Below are positions 30,201 through 36,232 of a stretch of 36,232 nucleotides of DNA, piece by piece. Position 1 is the stretch's first letter, and the number at the start of each line of letters is the position of its first letter. The DNA lies in the IMG/VR virus record IMGVR_UViG_3300020310_000005, positions 1 to 36,232 of that record; one strand, given 5' to 3'. The notes beneath the pieces are model-generated. The model searched no databases. It was given only the letters and a program-made list of their open reading frames with translations, and had not been told where the DNA came from. The translations under genes were made by a program, and so were the position numbers. The DNA is from a virus. Lineage: Duplodnaviria; Caudoviricetes.

Positions 30201-32092
30201 CCGCAACTGGTAATTATATTGCTAATGCTGGTGTTGCAACAGGATCTATGTCAGTTATAAATGCTGGATTTGGATACACTCCTGCTAGTGGTGTTTCAAC
30301 TGTTGTTGGTGTTGCTCTAACAACTATAACAGGAAATGGTAAGGATGCTACTGCAGTTGTTACTTACTTAAATGGTAGCGTAACTGGAGCAGCAGTATCG
30401 ACTTCTGGTTATGGATATAAGATTGGAGATGTTGTTGGAATTACAACTGGTAATGGAACAAATGCAGAATTATCAATTGTTTCTATTGCAAGTACAAATG
30501 AATTAATATTAGATAATGTTCAAGGTGACTTTAAGACTGGAGTTGGTAATACATTGATGTATATTAGCAGTGTTGGTGTTGGTACTACAATGAATGGTGC
30601 TGGTATTGGTACTCCTGCTGATGTTGGACCTCATGGTGGTAATGTTCTACCTATTAATATTCAAATAATTGATGATATTGATACTGGTTATCAAGATGGA
30701 CTTCATATTGTTGTAGACCATCAGAATCATGGTATGTATCATGAGACAAATTATGTAACTATTTCTGATGTAGAAGGTGATATTTTACCGACAAAATTAA
30801 GTTCTCCATATAGCGAGGATTCTACTACAGCGATATCTATTGATAGTAGCACCAACTTTACATCATTTGAAGGTGTTGGTGTTGCAGCATCTAATCCAGG
30901 TTATGTAAAAATTGGAAATGAGATTATTAAGTATACTGGTGTTTCTGGCAACACTTTAACAGGTGTTGATAGATCAACATGGGATACCTCTAGAAGTAGT
31001 CATTTAAAAGGAGAACTTGTCACTAAACAAGAAGTGGGTGGTATTTCTTTAGCGAGAATTAATAAAACTCATTATCTAGGTGATGTCAGTGCTTCCATAA
31101 TAGATGCACAGAAACAAGCTCCAATAGGGTATGGTCATTATACTATTAAAGTTAACTTTACTGCTCAAACCTCACCTACTGCTATTGGTAGATCCACGGC
31201 TGAAAGTTTCCCAATATTATATGTAAATGATACCAAATCAACTGGTGGATTTAATATTAAGGCAACTCAAAATATGCCATTTGAACTTATTTCACCACAG
31301 GTACATAATATAACTGTTGCAGGAACTAAAGTTAGTGCTCAAATGAGAACTGTTTCTGGTACAAGTCTTGATGATGGTGCTGGTAAAGGTATTGATCTTC
31401 CATTCACTGATAAGGGATTTGAAACTATTACTTTGAACAAAACAAACTATATGAATACTCCAAGATGTATTGCATCTAGAATTAATGAAACATCTAATAG
31501 TATCATTCAACAATTCTCTGGTGATAGATCATTTAATATGAGACTTAATTTAGAGAGTAATGATCCTAGAGTATCTCCAATAATTGACACTCAAAGGGCA
31601 AATGTAATTTTAACTTCCAATAAGTGTGATGCTCCTATTTTAGATTATATTGATGATCCTAGGTCTGCTGATATATTCACTGATCCAACAGGATGTCAAT
31701 ATATTTCTAAAGAAAATGTATTGTCTAATGCAGCAACTTCTATTCAAATTATACTTGATGCTCACATTAGTGTATACAATGATATTAGATGTTTCTATGC
31801 AATTTCTGATACAACAAACTTTGAACCAATATTTGTTCCTTTCCCTGGATATACAAACTTAAATAATATAGGAGAAGTTGTAAACAAAGAAAAGAATGAT
31901 GGAAGACCTAATTCAATGGTTGCATATAGTGATCCAGGATTCCTTTCCAATGAAATAGACTTTAAAGAGTATGCTTGGACTGCAGATAATCTGCCCAAGT
32001 TCATGACTTATAGAATTAAGATTATTCTTGGTTCTACTAATCAGGTCTATGTTCCAAGGATTTCTGATCTTCGAGTTATTACTTTAGCATAA
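24218..32092 (+). CDS. Large virion structural protein, VrlC/DUF4815-like
   Basis: 2,624 aa with 'NLNVSPYFDDFD...YHKVLFKPGYPVQARELT.LQSILQNQI', 'APGADRLKI', 'ARRTYDESGDY', 'KRYRMSDI..LE.RI..LEYYTSLS', 'RFKSGFFVDNF', 'DPLAQS' and a C-terminal 'VPRISDLRVITLA'. Confidence 0.82.
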   Translation: MAQQTNLNVSPYFDDFDTDSNYHKVLFKPGYPVQARELTGLQSILQNQIDKFGQHFFKEGAKVIPGNTAYTKNYHAVEINNTHLGFPVDFYIEQLIDRKIVGLSSGVTAIISKIIKSEDSERGHLTLYISYISTGIVEGNEVKVFQDGELLTGDSDIISGPLNNPFIPSGESFASAITTSAASKGSAFSISNGVYFVRGTFVNVHDETVILSQYDNNTSCRIGLKVTEEVVNSDADETLTDNSKGFNNYSAPGADRLKISCNLHSKPIDDFNDANFVELAVVENGTLKSQVKNTQYSIIGDEIARRTYDESGDYTINPFTVSVKDSLNNNLGNNGVYNKGQFSYQGTLASEDLAQYAISPGKAYVKGYEVETISTTYLDCPKPRTTKIVEAEAISYNTGRQFKVNGAYGIPEIGIGNTYIVSLRNQRIDNTRRTADGTEIGVARVYDVSLDSGAYNRTNLNANQWDLSLYDIQTFSHITLNEATTLTVPTFIKGKYSGATAFLQSAVSNSTSLVVYEKKGEFIQNEPFNFNGIEDSRVAIAITGYGLQDVKSIYGGPDLGNVGFARTFNADTIQEKVWNIGDAKISARDPASGISTITATDTLFPGSSIKENDLVSFSGPVVDSTLGAGATVTVARVTGVSTNFISVTGVTTVPGVVEGNIPQVGVATLSVPDLSLLVTPVTGDTENTLYTPMPRNLIENVDLSDAQLEIRKRFDVTIDATGNTLTETVNAGANETFLPYDEDRYILMRADGTFEPLTDDRFQFGSAGTTLLIGNIGTDLSNNEDATLIATLKKIKPTAKVKRKQRINTLNVDKSKLVGSGIGATTLGDGLTYGNYPYGTRVQDPVISLNYGDIIEILGVFESVDTTEPSAPKSTFASFTGPAAKITDCVIGERFVGDSSEAIGVYAEKLSDTQCSYITLSGEFTEGEKVVFQESQVQAILTTIDKVSENISSNFTFDTGQRSSHYDYGSIKRKSEASQPTKRLKVYFSNGYFDSSDEGDITTKNSYNNLHYTDDVKTVNGLRNTDIIDIRPKVSNYTVAEGARSPLEFYGRTFNSAGNTATNILSSDSSIITTYSFYVGRVDRIFLTKEGTFQVQYGDPSEKMVEPVIIDDAIEIGTIQLLPYMIDVEGSTSAQFLNHKRYRMSDIKKLEDRIKNLEYYTSLSVLETNTANMFVPDNNGLNRFKSGFFVDNFTTFQAQETGAGIKNSLDIQEKELRPLHYTNSIDLELGPVEGVSATEDRAFLEPEGTNVRRSGDIVTLDYSEVEWLKQSFATRSESITPFLVSFWQMSMEITPTSDTWVDTARIEAKTINIEGNYAQTLKDNPNVDPQTGMAPIMWNSWESVWTGQEVSTFTRTRNESTSSRQNLGRLSGEEKRFIDRGMPDTRRRSAHWHRHNRGFSGGRFQNNGFFREWQAAAKRGGIRNTQGPGGRSVQRLWLETTTNRTVEDTMRDIVDTGTKTRTGTRTVITEQFDTTSQGDRVVNREVVPIMRSRNIQFHATKCKPLTRMYAFFDGVNVDKYCVPKLLQIKMTSGTFQVGETIEAPLTGQSYMKFRVCQANHREGPYNAPTAIFKDDPYITQSSGPAVETAITTFMGTPGLTQLRSDATSSATSIPATYSSTTSILNVDTLSLSQQAQGDYFGYVQVGQKLVGQTSGAVAEVVDKRLVSDLSANLLGSFFIPNASLPTAPSFETGTKTFTLIDNPDNDQNDTETLGEEKYTASGTLETVQETIISVRNAKIEQKQETESEAIRRSTGPQVVASNVIATSTNTSAIREWYDPLAQSYQVLDETGVFLTSADVYFQTKDDMDIPMTFQLRTMKGGVPTQKILPFSEVIIQPEDISISANGSVPTNVKFKAPVYMEPGQDYAITLASWSTKYKVFISRIGESDLITDEFISQQPYLGSLFKSQNASTWDASQWEDLKFTLYRAEFETEGTVELYNPVLAEGNKQIPTLMPNSINLKSRKVRVGLGTTLGRNMDLEFGNTIYQEDKNSVKTATGNYIANAGVATGSMSVINAGFGYTPASGVSTVVGVALTTITGNGKDATAVVTYLNGSVTGAAVSTSGYGYKIGDVVGITTGNGTNAELSIVSIASTNELILDNVQGDFKTGVGNTLMYISSVGVGTTMNGAGIGTPADVGPHGGNVLPINIQIIDDIDTGYQDGLHIVVDHQNHGMYHETNYVTISDVEGDILPTKLSSPYSEDSTTAISIDSSTNFTSFEGVGVAASNPGYVKIGNEIIKYTGVSGNTLTGVDRSTWDTSRSSHLKGELVTKQEVGGISLARINKTHYLGDVSASIIDAQKQAPIGYGHYTIKVNFTAQTSPTAIGRSTAESFPILYVNDTKSTGGFNIKATQNMPFELISPQVHNITVAGTKVSAQMRTVSGTSLDDGAGKGIDLPFTDKGFETITLNKTNYMNTPRCIASRINETSNSIIQQFSGDRSFNMRLNLESNDPRVSPIIDTQRANVILTSNKCDAPILDYIDDPRSADIFTDPTGCQYISKENVLSNAATSIQIILDAHISVYNDIRCFYAISDTTNFEPIFVPFPGYTNLNNIGEVVNKEKNDGRPNSMVAYSDPGFLSNEIDFKEYAWTADNLPKFMTYRIKIILGSTNQVYVPRISDLRVITLA

Positions 32093-32322
32093 TGAACAAT
32101 GAATTTGTAAAGGTGAAGGATCATCAAAATTTAATGAGAGATCCTTTATCAAACGGCATACTTAATGACAATCAATCTGATTATGATGAGTACATAGCAC
32201 GTCGTGAAGCCGCTAACAAGGCAAAACAAAATGAAACTAATATGAAAGAAGATCTTGATAATTTGAAAAGTGAAATTAATGAAATCAAATCTCTATTAAA
32301 GGAATTAGTACATGGCAACTAA
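32092..32322 (+). CDS. Conserved small protein with C-terminal coiled coil (76 aa)
   Basis: TAATG overlap. 'VKVKDHQNLMRD..SNGILN' is followed by the heptad-like 'LDNLKSEINEIKSLLKEL'. Confidence 0.8.
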   Translation: MNNEFVKVKDHQNLMRDPLSNGILNDNQSDYDEYIARREAANKAKQNETNMKEDLDNLKSEINEIKSLLKELVHGN

Positions 32323-32725
32323 AAAGTTTACTTTTGACCCAGATGCTGGTGTTGCCTATGGTGCTAATCTGGTAATAAATCCAGGTGCAGATTTTAGACA
32401 GCATTTTGAGGTGGAGAATCTTGCTAATGGTAATTTTGATTTCTATACTGGTTCTGCTGGTGTAGGTAATACTTGGACTGGTACTGGTGCAATGGTTAAA
32501 AGCGTTGCTATTGGTGCATCTTATAGTACTCCTGCAGCAACATTTACAGTTGGATTTACAAGTGCTTCTGATGGTAAATTCATTGCTTCCTTAACTGCAT
32601 CTCAAACAAGAACTTTGGGAGAAGGAAGATACATGTACGATATAAATGTTAGTTCAGGAGCAACAGTTTATAGAATCGTTAGCGGAAATGTAATGGTTAA
32701 CCAAGGCATTTCTACTGCACTATAA
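32312..32725 (+). CDS. Conserved beta-rich virion protein (137 aa)
   Basis: 'ANLVINPGADF...F', 'ASLTASQT..L.EGRYMYDI......YRIVSGNVMV' resemble Ig-like small proteins found before gp13 in cyanophages. Confidence 0.7.
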   Translation: MATKKFTFDPDAGVAYGANLVINPGADFRQHFEVENLANGNFDFYTGSAGVGNTWTGTGAMVKSVAIGASYSTPAATFTVGFTSASDGKFIASLTASQTRTLGEGRYMYDINVSSGATVYRIVSGNVMVNQGISTAL

Positions 32726-32728
32726 ATA
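32721..32728 (+). promoter_or_regulatory. T4 late promoter, exact consensus TATAAATA
   Basis: Overlaps the stop at 32723-32725, 20 bp upstream of the gp13 ATG. GAGG SD follows. Confidence 0.75.
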
Positions 32729-32748
32729 ATAAAACAGAGGTACTGTAG

Positions 32749-33594
32749 ATGCAACCATCCAATCGTCAAGAATTAGTTACTTACTGTAAGAGACAACTGG
32801 GTGCTCCCGTGTTGGAGGTCAATGTTGCCGATGAACAGATAGATGATATACTGGATGATTCTATTCAGTATTTTCAAGAAAGACATTTTGATGGAACCAT
32901 CCAAATGTTTATGAAGTATAAGGTAACTGAAACTGATATTAAAAGAGGAAGGGCTAGAGAAGGTAGAACAGATAATGTAGGAATAGTTACCACAACAGCA
33001 GAGTCAACTATTGACGGTGGTACTACTACTTTTAGTTGGACAGAAACCAGTAACTATCTTCAAGTTCCACCATCAGTTATTGGTGTAACAAAGGTAATGC
33101 ATTTTGATGGTGCTAACACTGTAACCAATAATATGTTCAGTGTTAAATATCAGATGTTCTTGAATGATATTTACTATTGGGGTTCTACTGAAATCTTAAC
33201 ATATGCTATGGTTAAGACGTTCCTTGAGGATCTTGACTTTGCATTGACCACACAGAAACAAATTAGATTTAATCAGAGAATGGATAGGTTATATCTTGAT
33301 ATTGATTGGTCAAGCCTTAATGCAGATGATTTTATAGTAATGGAATGTTATAGAGCATTACATCCAGATGATTATGCAAGAGTCTGGAATGATTCATTTT
33401 TAAAAAGATATGCTACTGCTAAAATCAAAAAGCAGTGGGGTCAAAATTTACTTAAATTCCAAGGGGTTAAACTACCTGGTGGGGTCGAGTTAAATGGTAG
33501 GCAAATCTATGATGACGCAGAAAAAGATTTAGAAGTCATTAGAGAACAAATGTCTAACACTTACGAACTTCCACCATTAGATATGATAGGTTAA
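32749..33594 (+). CDS. gp13: Neck protein gp13
   Basis: 281 aa with 'RQEL..YC.RQLGAPVLEVNV..EQ.DD...D..QYF.ERHFDG' and 'K.QWGQNL.KF.GV.LPGGV.LNG..IY.DA'. Confidence 0.95.
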   Translation: MQPSNRQELVTYCKRQLGAPVLEVNVADEQIDDILDDSIQYFQERHFDGTIQMFMKYKVTETDIKRGRAREGRTDNVGIVTTTAESTIDGGTTTFSWTETSNYLQVPPSVIGVTKVMHFDGANTVTNNMFSVKYQMFLNDIYYWGSTEILTYAMVKTFLEDLDFALTTQKQIRFNQRMDRLYLDIDWSSLNADDFIVMECYRALHPDDYARVWNDSFLKRYATAKIKKQWGQNLLKFQGVKLPGGVELNGRQIYDDAEKDLEVIREQMSNTYELPPLDMIG

Positions 33595-33598
33595 GGTT

Positions 33599-35020
33599 AT
33601 GGTACTTAATCCATATTTTCAACAAGGTTCAAAGAGTGAACAAAATTTAGTTCAATCGCTTATTAATGAGCAGTTGAAAATTTATGGTGTTGATGTACAT
33701 TTCATGCCAAGGAAGTATGTTTCTTCCGATTCAGTATTAAGAGAAGTAAGTGCCTCTTCATTTGAGGATGCATATCCAATAGAAGCCTATATTGATAACT
33801 TTGATGGGTATGGAGATAACCCTACTCTCCTTTCTAAATTTGGTATTGAGCAAACCAATGAAGTAACTTTAATAATTTCAAAGGAAAGATTTGAGAATTA
33901 TATCTCTCCTCTAATGAAGAATGAATCTAATATAAAACTTTCAACTAGACCAAAAGAAGGAGATTTAATCTACTTCCCATTTGGAGATCGTTTGTTTGAA
34001 ATCAAGTATGTAGAGCATGAGAAACCATTCTATATGCTTAAGAATACTTATGTGTATGAACTTCGTTGTGAACTCTTCCGTTACGAGGATGAGGTTATTG
34101 ATACTGGTGTTGATGAAATAGATGATACCCTAGAAGCATCAGAAGGTGTAGATGGTGAAGATTATGTAATTGGAGTAACTCAAAAACTTACTCTTGTTGG
34201 AAATGCAGAGCAAGCATCTGCTGTTACCACACAGGTACATGGTGGTATTCAATTTGTTACTGTAACGAATAGAGGTAATGGATATACACATGCTCCACGA
34301 GTTGCAATTTCTTCTGCTCCTGCAGGTGGAGTAACTGGTATAGCAACTGCATATCTACTTGGAGGAATTGTTGTATGTGCTGGTTCTGCCCAACCTAATA
34401 GTAATAAGAGTGTAGTTCAAGAAGTTAACCTAGTTAATCCTGGTTCTGGATATACTACAGGGCCTGATATGCAATTCTATGGTGGTGGTGGAACAGGTCT
34501 TGCTGTTACTTCATATATGGCAAATGGAACCATTGGTATTGTTACTGTTACTGGAGGTGGTTCTGGATATACTACATCACCAAACATCACGTTTACGGGT
34601 CTCTCAACGGTCTCTGCTGCCGCTACAGCAGTCGTAAGCACCGCAGGTACTATATCTGCTATTCATATAACTAATGCTGGTGCAGGTTATACAACTCCAC
34701 CAACAATCAGTATCGCTGCACCTACAGGAACAAGTTCTGGAACCTTTGCATTCAATGAGATTGTAACTGGAGGAACAAGTGGTGCTACTGCAAGAGTAAG
34801 AACTTGGAACTCTGTAACAAATGAAATAGAGATATCTAATGTTGACGGAACATTCTCTAGAGAAGAGACTCTTACAGGTTCTACATCAGGTGCATCCCGT
34901 GTTGTAAGGTTGATTGACCTAACTAACTATGATGATGGATTTGGTGACAATGATGTTTTTGAGACAGAAGGAGATGATATTTTGGACTTCTCTGAAGGTA
35001 ACCCATTCGGTACCCCATAA
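33599..35020 (+). CDS. gp14: Neck protein gp14 with C-terminal repeat extension
   Basis: 'LNPYFQQGS..EQNLVQSL..E..KIYGVDV...PR', 'RPKEGDLIYFP....LFEI.YVEHE.PFY' and a C-terminal 'LDFSE.NPFG'. Confidence 0.93.
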   Translation: MVLNPYFQQGSKSEQNLVQSLINEQLKIYGVDVHFMPRKYVSSDSVLREVSASSFEDAYPIEAYIDNFDGYGDNPTLLSKFGIEQTNEVTLIISKERFENYISPLMKNESNIKLSTRPKEGDLIYFPFGDRLFEIKYVEHEKPFYMLKNTYVYELRCELFRYEDEVIDTGVDEIDDTLEASEGVDGEDYVIGVTQKLTLVGNAEQASAVTTQVHGGIQFVTVTNRGNGYTHAPRVAISSAPAGGVTGIATAYLLGGIVVCAGSAQPNSNKSVVQEVNLVNPGSGYTTGPDMQFYGGGGTGLAVTSYMANGTIGIVTVTGGGSGYTTSPNITFTGLSTVSAAATAVVSTAGTISAIHITNAGAGYTTPPTISIAAPTGTSSGTFAFNEIVTGGTSGATARVRTWNSVTNEIEISNVDGTFSREETLTGSTSGASRVVRLIDLTNYDDGFGDNDVFETEGDDILDFSEGNPFGTP

Positions 35021-35023
35021 ATA
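35016..35023 (+). promoter_or_regulatory. T4-like late promoter (CATAAATA)
   Basis: Overlaps the gp14 stop, 21 bp upstream of the gp15 ATG. GAGG SD follows. Confidence 0.65.
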
Positions 35024-35044
35024 TAATACAAGAGGTATATAATC

Positions 35045-36034
35045 ATGTTTGAATATTTTTATAACGAAATCTTTAGAAAAACTATTATTGGTTTTGGTAC
35101 TTTGTTTAACGACATTACTGTTAAGCAGGAGGATTCTACTATAAAAGTACCTTTGGCATATGGCCCCACACAAAAGTTTTTAGCAAGATTAGAAGAATCA
35201 CCCGACCTTAATAAAAGAACTTCATTGACATTACCTAGAATGTCATTTGAGTTTACTGGTCTTCAATATGATTCATCTAGAAAGGTAACTACAACTCAAC
35301 AGTTTACAGTAAAAGATAAGACTACTGGAAAGAATACGAATAAAGCATATATGCCCGTTCCTTATAGTATGCAATTTGAGTTAAGCATAATGACCAAGTT
35401 GAATGATAATGCCCTTCAGATTGTTGAACAGATATTACCATATTTTCAACCACAATATAATTTAACAGTAAATTTACTTTCATCAATGAATGAGAAAAGA
35501 GATATTCCTGTAATACTTGAAAGTGTTACAATGGATGATCAATATGAAGGTAATTTTACTACTCGTAGAGTTCTACTTTACACATTAAGATTTAGTGCAA
35601 AGACATATCTATTTGGTCCTGTTACTTCTGCTACCAAGGATATCATCAAGAAAACAAGTGTCAATTATATTGCTGGTGGTTCTACTTCTGACTCAAGAGA
35701 TGTTACATATTCTGTTACTCCAAGAGCGACGAAAGATTATACAGGTGATGTACTTACAAATCTCGCAGAGGACGTTGACGAAGCAACCACAACTATTAAT
35801 GTAGTTGATGGTAGTGCTCTTACTGTTAAGACTTATATTGATATTGATAATGAAGAGATGTATATTACTAAAATTACCAGCAACAAGATTACTGTTGAAA
35901 GAGGTAAGGATGGTAGAACTGCTGCCTCACACGTAAATGGATCCGAAGTATTAGCTATTACTGCTGCGGATGATGCTCTCATTGAGATGGGTGATGACTT
36001 TGGATTTAGTGGAGAATACACTTCTGGATTATGA
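35045..36034 (+). CDS. gp15: Tail sheath stabilizer / tail terminator gp15
   Basis: 'YFYNEIFRK.II.FGTLFNDI', 'KVPLAYGP.QKFLARL', 'LPRMSFE', 'QIVEQILPYFQP' and 'DD.YEG.F.TRR'. Confidence 0.95.
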   Translation: MFEYFYNEIFRKTIIGFGTLFNDITVKQEDSTIKVPLAYGPTQKFLARLEESPDLNKRTSLTLPRMSFEFTGLQYDSSRKVTTTQQFTVKDKTTGKNTNKAYMPVPYSMQFELSIMTKLNDNALQIVEQILPYFQPQYNLTVNLLSSMNEKRDIPVILESVTMDDQYEGNFTTRRVLLYTLRFSAKTYLFGPVTSATKDIIKKTSVNYIAGGSTSDSRDVTYSVTPRATKDYTGDVLTNLAEDVDEATTTINVVDGSALTVKTYIDIDNEEMYITKITSNKITVERGKDGRTAASHVNGSEVLAITAADDALIEMGDDFGFSGEYTSGL

Positions 36035-36232
36035 AAATGACTAATTTAGATGACACCTTTGATATAGAATCAACCATTGTCCCTTCGGAAAAGGTTGGTA
36101 TAACTCCAGAGCAAAAACCTGATAGACTTACTAAATCCGATATTGATAAGGACTATGAGTATACTCGTGGCAATCTCTATAGCATCATAGAGAAGGGTCA
36201 GGAGGCAATTAATGGTATTCTTGAACTTGCAC
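36031..36232 (+). CDS. gp16: Terminase small subunit gp16 (5' part, truncated by window end; not in ORF track)
   Basis: ATGA overlap with the gp15 stop (alternative ATG at 36037). It reads MKMTNLDDTFDIE...DIDKDYEYTRGNLYSIIEKGQEAINGILELA, the cyanophage gp16 motif, and is syntenic after gp15. Confidence 0.88.
   Translation, partial: MKMTNLDDTFDIESTIVPSEKVGITPEQKPDRLTKSDIDKDYEYTRGNLYSIIEKGQEAINGILELA

Noticed and set aside
4096-32092. Intein, intron or programmed frameshift explaining the giant ORFs
   Set aside because: I saw no Hint/LAGLIDADG/HNH motifs, and the frames are continuous and end with plausible conserved C-termini.
34595-34615. Short near-tandem ACGG(G)TCTCT repeat, with a similar GGTCTCTCAAC at about 24035
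   Set aside because: Too short, and explained by coding for G-L-S-T / T-V-S.

Overview
This window is the tail/baseplate-neck morphogenesis region of a T4-like marine cyanomyophage (Kyanoviridae-type gene order). It is AT-rich, and every credible gene is on the + strand. It opens with a perfect sigma70 promoter, a GT-A-fold glycosyltransferase-like gene and five tiny ORFs, three of which are missing from the ORF track. A structured intergenic element follows the fourth ORF. The structural module then runs gp25, gp6, a 4,863-aa gp7-like protein, a fibre with a gp9/gp10-like N-terminus, two unknown virion proteins, gp8, a 2,624-aa VrlC/DUF4815-like protein, two small conserved proteins, gp13, gp14, gp15 and the 5' part of terminase small subunit gp16. 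T4-type late promoter cores (ATAAATA/CTAAATA) precede most transcription units. The strongest unexplained signal is a G-[I/V/L/F]-x-[T/S] micro-motif (GIGT, GVTT, GIST, GIAT) scattered densely through unrelated structural proteins right next to the glycosyltransferase-like gene, which suggests a possible virion-protein modification (glycosylation sequon) system. A second signal is a terminator / alternative-pairing / SD-hairpin RNA element at the boundary of the structural genes. I saw no tRNA, CRISPR, intron/intein or mobile element. All family assignments come from recognising motifs by eye, not from database searches.
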